Positions 39,495 through 49,500 of a DNA stretch of 64,000 nt are shown here, one piece after another; the first letter of the stretch is position 1; every line of letters begins with the position of its first letter. Position numbers and translations under genes: made by a program. The notes under the pieces were generated by a model, which searched no databases, was not told the DNA's origin, and worked only from the letters and a program-made list of their open reading frames with translations. Source of the stretch: an uncultured Verrucomicrobiae bacterium (GTDB taxonomy: Bacteria > Verrucomicrobiota > Verrucomicrobiia > Chthoniobacterales > JAFAMB01); NCBI GenBank assembly GCA_963782115.1, contig CAWAIK010000004.1, forward strand, positions 1 to 64,000. The letters run 5' to 3'.

Positions 39495-41309
39495 CTATCT
39501 GTTATTTCGACGAATGGTTGTTTGCGTCGCCAAACTACTCCGTCTTTCAACCCAATGCGGCTGCAGCGACGGCCCAAATATCCAAGGAGCTAAATATTTG
39601 GCAAAAAGGTCAAAATACTCATCATCTTCGTTCTTGCCTCCTTGCCCTTCGCCCACCTCCTTTTCGCTACGAACGAAACGGATTTCTTTGATCCACTTTA
39701 CCATTTTGTAGCCTAATTGATTCTCCACTCGGAGGCGCAAAGGCGCTCCGTAGATTTCAGGGAGGGGTTGCGAATTCATTTCATAGGCCAGAATGCATTC
39801 CGAGTAGAGCACCGTCGCCAGGCTTTGGGTGTCGTAATATATGCCGCCGTAAAGCCCTTCCCCGAAGGAATAGAACACGACGGTTTTTGATTCTGGAAGG
39901 GGTTTCACCAGCTCAACAAGTCTCTTGAACTCCAGTCCGCCCCACTGGGCGACGCCCGACCAGCCCTGGATGCAGTGGTGCAACGAGATGTTCTCCGACT
40001 TGCCAAGAGCACGCATATCCTCGAGTGACAACTCGACTGGTCTATTGACCCAACCTGTTACCTTTAACTTGTAGTCACGAAAGCCTTCGCTAGCCAGCCG
40101 CTGCCACTCGTCCGATTCGGGAGGCTTGCCATTCGGCCAGAAATACGGCGAAATATCTTTGGCCGTGTAGCGCTCGCGCGGTTCCAACCGATTGAAAAAC
40201 CCATGGAGCAGTGGCATGGAAAGCAGTCGGTGCAGGCGTTGAATTTCTCTTGGATATTTCCAGGCGATCAAGTGGGCTACCACCCAAGAAGCAATAACCG
40301 CACCGATCCCCACCAAACCGAGAATCATTCCAACGGGACTCTCGTTATCCCTGCCCAGAACAATATGGTTCATGTTGCGCACAAACCCCGTTAAAATCAC
40401 CAGCCCAACATGGATCACGAGGAAGACAACGTAACCGACCAGCAGGAGAAAATGAATGGATCGGGCCGACTGTCTTCCGCCGAAAAGCTTTGGGTACCAA
40501 GGGAATCGGTTGACAACCGCGGGAGACATCGCGATGCCGGTTAGCATTGAAAGAGGAGCCATGATGAAAACCACTGCAAAATAAGCGAGCTGCTGCAGTG
40601 GGTTGTAACTGTAAAACCCGTTGGGCTCAGGCGGCACGTGGAAGGTTACGTAGTGAACAAAGACGTTCCATGCGCCCGGAACAATATTCCACGAGGTAGG
40701 GACGAGTCGTTTCCATTGCGAGGTACAAAACAGGAGTAAAATAAAAATAAACCCGTTGAGGAGAAAGACGCAGATGCTCAAAAAATGCCAAGCGCGAGCC
40801 ATCCCGATCGTGTGGCGGTAGCCGGGCAGAGCGAGAAATGGCGAGATATAGCGAGCGTCGTCTTTCGCGGTCCAAACCCGATCTAGGGGCACCTCAAGCG
40901 GAGTGAACCTGATCCAATCGGTCTTAGGCATACAATTGCGGTTCCAGTAAAGACGCGGGTGATCCATTAAAATCGACAAACCGCTTCGGGCAAGGAGCAT
41001 CAAGAAAAAGAAGTTCACGAAATGGGTTAATCTGATCCACGCCGGAAACCCGTGCGGCTCGCCCGGCATAATCCGAGGCGGACTGAACGAAACGCTTGGA
41101 AGACCGAAAAACAGAAATTGAATCCAGGCAATAGTAATCGGGATCATTAAGACAAGGCCGACGACCAGAGCTTCCTTCGACCGTATGCGAATTCGGAAGC
41201 GCCGGTCTGGCGGAAAATGAACGGCGCGATGCGCCCCGCTGAATGCTCTCATGATCTTAGGGGATGGTTGATTGACAGGAAATAATGTTGGATATCCGAT
41301 CGTCCGCAT
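39495..41309 (-). CDS. cytochrome b membrane domain fused to a molybdopterin-dependent (sulfite-oxidase family) oxidoreductase
   Basis: RLTHFVN, RAWHF, YNPLQQLAY and ARSIHF; HHCIQGWS and GAPLRLRVENQLGYKMVKWI. Confidence 0.9.
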   Translation of the reverse strand: MRTIGYPTLFPVNQPSPKIMRAFSGAHRAVHFPPDRRFRIRIRSKEALVVGLVLMIPITIAWIQFLFFGLPSVSFSPPRIMPGEPHGFPAWIRLTHFVNFFFLMLLARSGLSILMDHPRLYWNRNCMPKTDWIRFTPLEVPLDRVWTAKDDARYISPFLALPGYRHTIGMARAWHFLSICVFLLNGFIFILLLFCTSQWKRLVPTSWNIVPGAWNVFVHYVTFHVPPEPNGFYSYNPLQQLAYFAVVFIMAPLSMLTGIAMSPAVVNRFPWYPKLFGGRQSARSIHFLLLVGYVVFLVIHVGLVILTGFVRNMNHIVLGRDNESPVGMILGLVGIGAVIASWVVAHLIAWKYPREIQRLHRLLSMPLLHGFFNRLEPRERYTAKDISPYFWPNGKPPESDEWQRLASEGFRDYKLKVTGWVNRPVELSLEDMRALGKSENISLHHCIQGWSGVAQWGGLEFKRLVELVKPLPESKTVVFYSFGEGLYGGIYYDTQSLATVLYSECILAYEMNSQPLPEIYGAPLRLRVENQLGYKMVKWIKEIRFVRSEKEVGEGQGGKNEDDEYFDLFAKYLAPWIFGPSLQPHWVERRSSLATQTTIRRNNR

Positions 41310-41432
41310 ATAGAAAGGCTGTCGTCCAACGCGATTCGATCGATCGTCAATGCCTGAGTCACTCGCGCGAATCCAAAAATCGATTAATTGTTATCCTCGA
41401 TCCTTTCCACCCGCGGGCCGTTGAATGGCAGA

Positions 41433-41840
41433 CTACTTGGCAACGGCTCTGGTAGCGGTGATTGCCGACTCATTTGAGATGCAAAGAATTTTTCGAAGCT
41501 TGTGGGCGATATGATCGGCTAAATCGCTCATTTCCCTGGCAACATCGCTGGGCAGTTGAGCACGACAATTTGCCTGCCAAAGAAAAAGCCAGCGCTCGAA
41601 ATGCTCTTCTTGCAAGCCGAGCGGCAGGTGTTTCATCGGCATCGCTCTCGCATAGGTCCGTGGTCCACCGATGAGTGTTTCCCAAAAGCTTGTGATGATT
41701 TCCAAGTGATGTTTCCAATCTTTGATCTTCACGTTAAATATCGGACCGATCAGGGGATCTTGACGTACATCAGCATAGAAATGGTGTAACAACTTGGAGA
41801 CCCCTTCAGATCGACCGATGCGTTGGTAAAGCAGATTCAT
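41433..41840 (-). CDS. group III truncated haemoglobin
   Basis: FYADVRQDPLIGPIF...DWKHHLEIITSFW...PMKHLPL...HFERWLFLW. Confidence 0.9.
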   Translation of the reverse strand: MNLLYQRIGRSEGVSKLLHHFYADVRQDPLIGPIFNVKIKDWKHHLEIITSFWETLIGGPRTYARAMPMKHLPLGLQEEHFERWLFLWQANCRAQLPSDVAREMSDLADHIAHKLRKILCISNESAITATRAVAK

Positions 41841-41957
41841 CGCAGAGGAAGGTGAGGAAGAGATAATTCTTTCTAGACTTTGTACGTCACGGGCTCGAAC
41901 ACTTTGGTGCGTTTTCAATCATTAGGCGCGGTGCCCTTGAGCGCGGCTATCAGCATT

Positions 41958-42284
41958 TCATCTACGATTCCTTCGAGCTGCAGCAAGCGGGGGAACACTC
42001 AACCCGTAGAGAACCGAATGATCGGCATTTCTTTGCGTTACGCAGCCGCAGTCCAATAAGGGTTCGAGATGGTTCCAAACATCGATTTGGGATAGACCGG
42101 TTGCGCCAGCGATCTGCGAAACCGTTTTTGCTCCCTCGCAGAGGGTGTCAAGGATACAAAGTTGCGAACGATTAGCCAAGTTGCTAAAGAGCTCTTCCTT
42201 ACAATCTAAACCACATCCGGGTGACTCGCTTCTTCGGTTCGCGATTCCGCTGCTGGCGGAATCCTGATCAAGTAAAACATTCAT
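41958..42284 (-). CDS. ArsR-like winged-HTH protein
   Basis: LFSNLANRSQLCILDTLCEGAKTVSQIAGATGLSQIDVWNHL..LLDCGCV. Confidence 0.7.
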   Translation of the reverse strand: MNVLLDQDSASSGIANRRSESPGCGLDCKEELFSNLANRSQLCILDTLCEGAKTVSQIAGATGLSQIDVWNHLEPLLDCGCVTQRNADHSVLYGLSVPPLAAARRNRR

Positions 42285-42338
42285 ATAAGATACATATATT
42301 CCGCAGTTGCTTTAAAGCAAGATATAATATACATGTTT
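42275..42338. promoter_or_regulatory. divergent control region with candidate NsrR-type sites; second copy at 45576-45638
   Basis: AAGCAAGATATAAWATACATGTTT and ATACATRTATT occur in both copies and resemble the NsrR half-site AAATACATCTT. Confidence 0.5.
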
Positions 42339-42353
42339 ATACCGGTTTACTTT

Positions 42354-42812
42354 ATGCGCCTCACCTTCTCTACCGATTATGCCCTGCGTCTATTGATGCT
42401 GGTTGGACTCGAAACCGATCGCCTTGTGACCATCGAGGAGGTCGCGGATCGCTTCGCAATCTCAAAAAACCATTTGATGAAGGTGGCGTACCAGCTCGGG
42501 CAAGAGGGTTATCTGGAAACCGTTCGGGGCCGTAACGGAGGGTTGCGCTTGGGAAAGGCGCCAGACCGGATCGTCGTGGGCGAAGTGGTCCGCAAGATGG
42601 AACCGGACTTCGCGGTCGTCGAATGCGAAAATCCGGCGGGCTACTGCAAGATTGCGCCGTGCTGTACGCTGCGCTCTGCAATGAGAGAAGCTGTCCAGGC
42701 TTTTCTCGGGAAACTGGATCAATACACCCTCGAGGATCTCCTCCGACCGAAACTTAAACTGCGGCAATTGCTTGGTGTCAATCAGGAGAGGGCGTTTGCC
42801 CATGGTCGGTAA
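42354..42812 (+). CDS. nsrR: Rrf2-family regulator, NsrR-like
   Basis: MRLTFSTDYALR, ISKNHLMKV, TVRGRNGGLRL and the Fe-S cysteines VEC...C....C. Confidence 0.85.
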   Translation: MRLTFSTDYALRLLMLVGLETDRLVTIEEVADRFAISKNHLMKVAYQLGQEGYLETVRGRNGGLRLGKAPDRIVVGEVVRKMEPDFAVVECENPAGYCKIAPCCTLRSAMREAVQAFLGKLDQYTLEDLLRPKLKLRQLLGVNQERAFAHGR

Positions 42813-42868
42813 GAGTGCGATTCAAGGCAGACCACCATGCAGGAGAGAACGAATCCGTCCGGCTGACA

Positions 42869-43490
42869 CTATTTGCTCAGTCTGAACAGACACCGCTGTG
42901 CGCCATTGCGAATACACGCCTCCCGCACGGGCGCGCCAATGATTTCTGCCAACAACGTCGCGGCGACGACAGAGGCCAGCGGACAACTGAAGCCTCGGAT
43001 GACGAATATCATCACGCGTGTCCTCCAGCTCCGCCAAGCCACCGAGATCCTGCAAGACGTCAACTGCGATTTTCAGACGCTTTCGAAGCTCGGCCTCCCT
43101 CGAGACCGTGGAAAGCGGAGCCCGAACGCCCGCAAGACGCAGACCAACGTCGCGCAACAGTTCGCCTTTCTCTGCTGGGGTGATTCGTGATTCCAGCGAA
43201 TGGAGGAGCTGGTTGAAAAGCAGATCATAAGCCTTAGGAAAAAGCTGTCCGGCTTCCGACGTAAGAGAGTAGAGCACCTCCGGTTTACGCACGGCCGTCC
43301 GCTTGCCCGACTGCCTGACAAGTCCATCACGTTCCAAGGTCGAAAGATGTGACCGGACCGCGTTGTCAGTCAGGTTTAGAGCCTCGGCCAACTCGTTGAC
43401 GGTCGCCTCGCCTCGGCGCAGGAGTTGCACGACCTGGCCGCGCGTGCTGGAGAGAAAGCGATTACTCCAATGTTCCATCATACCTTCCAT
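42869..43490 (-). pseudogene. SufR/ArsR-like HTH regulator, frameshifted near the C-terminus
   Basis: TVNELAEALNLTDNAVRSHLSTLERDGLV; the tail GFSCPL...REAC...RCLF is in another frame. Confidence 0.75.
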
Positions 43491-43631
43491 CAGCCCGAGA
43501 CCGAAGAAGAAGAACAACAACTTGCCGAGGAGCCTTTGGGCGATTGCTCGGGCCGCCACTGCCGCCCGCATGCGCTGGACTCCATTTAAAATCGTTCCGT
43601 AATCCGATGTCTTGCTTCAAGGAGTCTCGAG

Positions 43632-43895
43632 ATGGATAGTTGTTCAACTGTGAAAATAACTCTCTACAAAAAGGCAGGATGTCCTTGGTCAGCCGCAATC
43701 ATAGGCTTCTTGAACGAGCTAAACATTCCTTACGAGATAAAGAATGTGACGAGCAATCCTGCTTACGCAGAGGAATTAAAGGCGGCATCGGGACAGTGCA
43801 TGAGTCCAAGCCTCGATATTGATGGCACGATGCTGGCGGATGCCAGTGTGGAGGATGTGGCAAAGATTCTTGAAGAAAGAGGGATAATTATTTAG
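43632..43895 (+). CDS. glutaredoxin-like protein (CPWS)
   Basis: LYKKAGCPWS...SGQCMSPSLDIDGTMLAD. Confidence 0.8.
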   Translation: MDSCSTVKITLYKKAGCPWSAAIIGFLNELNIPYEIKNVTSNPAYAEELKAASGQCMSPSLDIDGTMLADASVEDVAKILEERGIII

Positions 43896-43993
43896 AACGA
43901 CCCACTTATGCCCGGTGCACTATCGTTTGGATAATGGGTATTGGCAGCCATGTTGCGCTCCTCGGATAGTATGAGGCCCCTAAGATTAAGAAT

Positions 43994-44509
43994 CTAAGAC
44001 TCGCCACCGGCTCGTTTCACTTCTGTCAATTCTTTCACGCGGATCGCCGCAGGGCCCCGGATTGGAAAATGCATCAGATAAACTCTCGAGCCGCCGATCT
44101 CCGTCTGCCAGCCCCAATCGCATTTGCGGCTGTTGTAAAATGTTTTGAACGCGATCTTTCCGATGAAGCAAACCACTTTCGGCCGGTAGGTCCGAATGAT
44201 TCGTAACGCCCGTCTTACACCTGCCTGCTCCTCGCCTTTTTTCAGTTCGGTCACGTCTATCGTGGGCCGATCCACGAGATTCACAAAATTCAGCCCGTAT
44301 TCCGGCAGGAACTTTTCGTCATAGATTCCCTTGAGCAATTGGTCGTTTTTCAGATCCTTTTCTGCTTCCTGAAGTAAACCGACCCGGTTCAGCAGATACC
44401 AAAACATCTTGTTATTCGAAAAGGGCACGCCGCGCCGGTAAGAACCGGGATGCGGATTTATGCCCACAAATAGGATTCTTGCATTTTTTGATATTTTGTA
44501 GGCGATCAT
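43994..44509 (-). CDS. mug: mismatch-specific uracil-DNA glycosylase (MUG/TDG family)
   Basis: ILFVGINP, NKMFWYLL, NLVDRPT and PKVVCFIGK. Confidence 0.8.
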   Translation of the reverse strand: MIAYKISKNARILFVGINPHPGSYRRGVPFSNNKMFWYLLNRVGLLQEAEKDLKNDQLLKGIYDEKFLPEYGLNFVNLVDRPTIDVTELKKGEEQAGVRRALRIIRTYRPKVVCFIGKIAFKTFYNSRKCDWGWQTEIGGSRVYLMHFPIRGPAAIRVKELTEVKRAGGES

Positions 44510-45120
44510 CGGTGGGATCGTTCTGTCTTGAGGGGCCCCGACCGATGGCGTTTAGGCGAGGCTTTTTTTTGAGGTATCTGCGAATCTTGGGCCGGATAGG
44601 TAACAGTGGTGCCGCACGCTTTGGCAAATGGCGTAAGAGTGTGAATCCGACGGCGAGTTGGACTCATGATGTCCTCGGTGCGAATATTGCGAACGGTCAA
44701 GGCGTCTGCGATGAGGGAACGATGGCAGCGCCATGACACCGCTTCGGCGCACATCAATGCGATCCGGCCCTGGTTTGCCAACCGGATCAATTCTTCGAGG
44801 CTCTCCGCAAATTCCGGGGTCTGCATGTAATCCGCATAACCTCGAAAGGATGCATTTCGCCAGCCCAGGTTGAGCGAATCGCGTTTGGCATGACGCAGCC
44901 CGCCCAGTCCCGGCCTGTGAACGTACTGCAAGCCAGCTTTCTTCAACGAGTCTGGCAACGAATCCTTATTGAACTGTGGGTTGTGCCGAGAGCGCGGTAC
45001 CGTCCGCACATCTACCACGCGCGTCACGCCATGCGCCTGAAGAAGACCGATGAACTCCTCGAGCGTGCGTGTGGAATGTCCAATCGTTAGCACGATTGGC
45101 GAAGGTTCTGCCCGTGGCAT
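44506..45120 (-). CDS. DUF488 family protein
   Basis: TIGHSTRTLEEF...VDVRTVPRSRHNPQFN...LMCAEAVSWRCHRSLIAD. Confidence 0.9.
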   Translation of the reverse strand: MPRAEPSPIVLTIGHSTRTLEEFIGLLQAHGVTRVVDVRTVPRSRHNPQFNKDSLPDSLKKAGLQYVHRPGLGGLRHAKRDSLNLGWRNASFRGYADYMQTPEFAESLEELIRLANQGRIALMCAEAVSWRCHRSLIADALTVRNIRTEDIMSPTRRRIHTLTPFAKACGTTVTYPAQDSQIPQKKASPKRHRSGPLKTERSHR

Positions 45121-45264
45121 TCTTTTTGTTCGAAGACCGGATGTCTTGATACTAACCTGCCTTCGCGATCTCCACTCAGATTCTGTATTAACCAATGCGG
45201 CTCGAATACCTCGTTACTTCGCGGAACTCGATGCGCTCGATAATCTGAGAAAACTTCGTGACCG

Positions 45265-45585
45265 CTAAAATCGTTCGCAAGTCTTCCATATGAACACGAT
45301 CAAAGCGATGAAAGCGGTGACACACACCGCCAGCCAGAAGTTGCGCCATCCAAGTACTGTCCAATCGATCACGGTCGTCAAAATGGCAGCGAGGGCGAAA
45401 ATGGTTCCAGACAAAGCGGCCAGTATGAGTTGGCTCATGATGGCCTTTTCTCTGGTTGCCGTTTCCGAGAGTGCCTCAAAATCTACAAGAGGGCTTTGAA
45501 CTCTAGCGACTTTACTCGCTTTAACATTCGCGCCATACGGCGCGCTTATTTCACGAGCGCGATTCGTAGAAATAGAAACATTCAT
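45265..45585 (-). CDS. hypothetical small membrane protein (two TM segments)
   Basis: Hydrophobic C-terminal half; preceded by the duplicated control region. Confidence 0.5.
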   Translation of the reverse strand: MNVSISTNRAREISAPYGANVKASKVARVQSPLVDFEALSETATREKAIMSQLILAALSGTIFALAAILTTVIDWTVLGWRNFWLAVCVTAFIALIVFIWKTCERF

Positions 45586-45739
45586 ATTATATACATGTAT
45601 TAGAATGCGGTAATAAGCAAGATATAAAATACATGTTTTATGGAATTAGGGCCTATAACTCTGGATCAAAGTCCGCTCTATACGCAAATCCGCGTTCAGA
45701 ATGGCGGCGCGCGCATGGCGCTTCTGGTGAGGATCGGCT

Positions 45740-45955
45740 TTCCGCGCCACGATCGGCGCATCAGCCACATTTTCACGAGTTGTGTCAGGATCACGTAGCA
45801 GAGCAGCGTGAGGAAAAGGATTGGCCAATATAGCGGTGGCAGATGAGTGAAGCCTAATGTTGCGGCCAATGGCGAATACGGCAACCACATGCCGATGCAC
45901 ATGATCAAGACTGTGGTGACAGTAAGCGCCCAACTGGCACGGCCCTCAATAATAG
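45740..45955 (-). pseudogene. C-terminal fragment of an Mg2+-transporting P-type ATPase
   Basis: RASWALTVTT...WLPYSPLAATLGFTHLPPLYWP...YVILTQLVK. Confidence 0.7.
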
Positions 45956-46139
45956 GCGGCTCGTGTATTGACGTTGCGTATCGGGACCGTAAAAAACTCG
46001 AAGAACTTTCTCCTGGTTGACGGGCCGGCGCGTTCGATGAGAATTGGAGCTGGGAAAGTTTGGGCTGCAACGACGGCAAGTTCGGAGTCCGACATTGCCC
46101 TAAAATGCTACACTAAAGGGTCCCCTTTTGACCAGTCAT

Positions 46140-46404
46140 AAAAGGGGTTATGACGGGCTAAAGTTAGCCAAAGGCTAAGTTTTCTCCCTGTGATTTGGGA
46201 AATTATTTTGCGTGATTTTTGGTGCGATATTTTGCGCCCTATGGTCACGCCTTACCGCCGCTCGAATGCGAATGACCGAGCTTGAGAATCTGAATCCCCG
46301 CCTCTTCGAAGCCTCCGACCACGCAATTTACCGGACAAGAAAAAGCGCAAAATAATTTCCCAAATCACATTCAACCTGTTGATTCTTTGGGCGATATTTT
46401 GCGC
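46140..46404. repeat. inverted copy of the 24097-24195 element, plus an internal perfect 24-bp IR (46189-46212 and 46346-46369)
   Basis: TGTGATTTGGGAAATTATTTTGCG and its reverse complement; GTCATAA-AAGGGG-TTATGAC palindrome at ~46135-46154. Confidence 0.8.
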
Positions 46405-46508
46405 GCTGAAAGTTGGGGCAGTACTTTTCGCAATCGTCTGCAGCTGGCACGAAATTATTCCTGAAGTCATGGAGAAATTCCACCGGACTGATTCGGTTTG
46501 CATCGTTT

Positions 46509-49500
46509 TCAGAGCGTACCTTCAAGTTCGAGCAGGTGGAGTTGGCCAGTAGCGTCTCCAGCGGCAAATCTTTTGGCGGTAGGATGGCAGGTGACTGATA
46601 GCACGGATGCGCCAGCCCAATACTCACAAATCTCACGGCCATTGGAGCTATCCCATATCTTTAAAAACCGGTCTTCCGAGCCGGAGAGAACATGTTTTCC
46701 GTCTGTAGAGAAGGCGCAGGCTAATACCGAGCCTTTGTGCCCAGTGAGATCGCACTGCGGTTGACTACTGCTCATGTCCCACAGTTTGAGGGTCTTGTCC
46801 ATGGAGGCCGAGACGATCTGTAATCCATCCGGAGAAAAGGCGCAGGCGCGGATCGCGCAAGGGGGTGTGCCATGCCCGGTCAGCGTGAGCAATTCCGAAC
46901 CAGTATGCACATTCCATACTTTTAGAATGCCGTCCTCGCTGCCGGAGACGAGCCGGGAGCCGTCCGGTGAAATAGTACAGCTGCTCACCAGATCCTGGTG
47001 TCCAACCAGCGTCCAAAGAAGTTCACCGCCTGCCGTCTTCCATATCTTGAGAGTCTTATCCTGTGCACACGAAACAATCCCCTTACCCTCAGAGGAGAAT
47101 AAGACAAATTGCACCCAGCCCTCGTGTCCTGTAAGTGTGGTCAGCAGGGCACCGGTTTCTGCATTCCACAGCCTCACCGTCTTGTCCCACGCGCCCGAGA
47201 CGATTTGCTTTCCATCCGGCGAAAAGGCGCAGCTTATCACCGGTCCTGTGTGACCGGTCAGCGTTGCGAGCGCTCTCCCCGACGCAACCTCCCACAATCG
47301 GAGTGTGCAATCCGCAGAGGCGGATATGAGCTGCCTGCCGTCCGGCGAGAAGGCGCAGGCGCGGACCGCGTCCTCATGGCCGCGAAGAATGTACTGCATC
47401 TTTCCACTGCCGTTGTCCCACAGCTTCAGCGCGTGCCGGTGGGAAGCCGAGACGATGCGCCTCTGGTCCTGGGAAAAGGCGCACGCGATCACGGAATCGG
47501 CAGGCCCGAGAAGGTATCCTAGTGGAGCGCCGGTTTGCGCGTCCCAGAGCCGCACGGTCCCGTCGATGCCGGTCGAGAGGATCCGCTTACCGTCAGGAGA
47601 GAAACGGGCATCCTGAAGCGTGTTCGTGTGCCCGATCAGTGTGACCGGTTCGTCCGGTCGCTCCAGATCCCAAACCTTCACGTGTGATCCCAGGAAGAAG
47701 AGACCACGCGCTTACCGTCCGGAGAGAAATTGCAAGAATCCACCTGCACCTTGTGTGCGGCAAGGTGCTTAAGTTCGCCCCGCGTCGCCACGTCCCAAAT
47801 TTTCAATGATCCATCGCTCGAAGCCGAGACCAGGCGGATGCCATCCGGCGACAAGTCGCAATACCGTAATCCCGAATGTCCGGCAAAAGAGCCAGCCGAC
47901 GTTTCCAGGGCCACATCCCATATAACCAGCCTTCCATCTTGAAAGCCCCCGATGATCCACTTGCCATCGGGTGCCATGGCGCAGGTTTGAAAAGGGTGTT
48001 CTTCCTCCCCACGCCAAGCGCATCGTGGTAGTACGCCTGTGTCGCTTTTCTCCCATACCTGGATTCTATCGGGCGAGCAGGAAACAAGCAGCTTGCCGTC
48101 CCGAGAAAACGCGCAGTCCAGGATTTTTTTCATCCCCGGCAGCACAGGGCCTTCCCTCTGTTCCACAGTGTCGAACAGCTTCAAAGACCCGTCCCACGCG
48201 CCCGACAGGATCCATCTCCCGTCCGGTAAAAATTTGCAGACAAGGATCCACTCCCGATGAAGATCGAAAGTCCCCAGTGCTGAGCCAGTCGCGGCGTCCC
48301 ATAGCTTAACGTTGCCATCCGCCAATCCTGCAGCGTAATACGCTCCATCCGGGGAACAGCTACAGGCGCTGATCGGTCTTCCGAGCGAAGCAGCCTTTCC
48401 CTTCGTAGACTCGACGGGCATCTGCTGGGAGTTGCGCTCGGCCTGCGCCTGCTCCGCGGTCTTCAGATCCCACACCTTCAACGTTGAGTCCCATGCGGCC
48501 GACACGATGCGTGTTCCGTCCGGGAAAAAGGCAAGCCCCCAGATCTGGTCCGTGTGGCCCGTCATTTTCGCCAGTTCTGCGCCCGTCGCGATATCCCAAA
48601 GCCTGATACTGCCGTCGTCCGATCCGGACGCAAGTCTGGTTCCGTCCTTGGAGACCGCCAGACACCAGACCGGCTTTTCATGACCTGCATAGGTTTTTCG
48701 GAGTTCACGCGTCCCGGCATCCCAGTGCTTCAAAGTGCAGTCTTCAGAAGCCGAAAAGACTGACTTGCCATCTCGGGAAAAGGCGCAGCTCATGACAGGC
48801 AGCTCATGGCCGTCGAAAGGTTTGAGTTTCTCGCCGGTTGCCGCGTCCCACAGCTTGAGACCGCCATCTCCGCCGCCCGACACGATAAGCTTGTCGTCCG
48901 GCGAGAATTCGCAGGAGTAAACTTCGCCCGCGTGCCCGCTCAGGGTGTGAAGCTCGGATCCTGTTTCCGCGTTCCAGATCTTGAGCGTGTTGTCCCCCGA
49001 ACTCGAGACCACCCGTCGTCCGTCGAGAGAGAACTTGCAGGTTGCAACGCCATCACGATGCCCCGGAAACGAGCGCAATTCATTCCCGGAAACCGCGTCC
49101 CACAGCTTGATCTCACCATTCCGGGCTCCGGAGATGATGCTCTTTCCGTCCGGAGAAAAGGAGCAGGTCTCCACCGATATGCTGTGCCCGCGCAACGTAA
49201 GTAGGTCTCTTCCATTGGCAACGTCCCAGATTTTGAGCTCCTTATCGGAGGAGGCTGAGACGATCCGTTTGCCGTCGGGGGAGACGTCGCAGCTGTTAAC
49301 CACATCGCTGTGCCCGAACAGCGTAAGTACGCAGGGCGAGATAGTTTGCGGTTTGTTGAGCCAACGAAAGCGTGGGCGAGTTTCGCGTTCAGCGAGATCG
49401 CCCGCTGTCCGGGCCTGCGCGGTCGAATCAGGCTCATTAAGTGCTTGCTGGAAGGTAAGGGCGGGATGCGCCGCCAGCAGATGGCTCTGCGCATGTAAAA

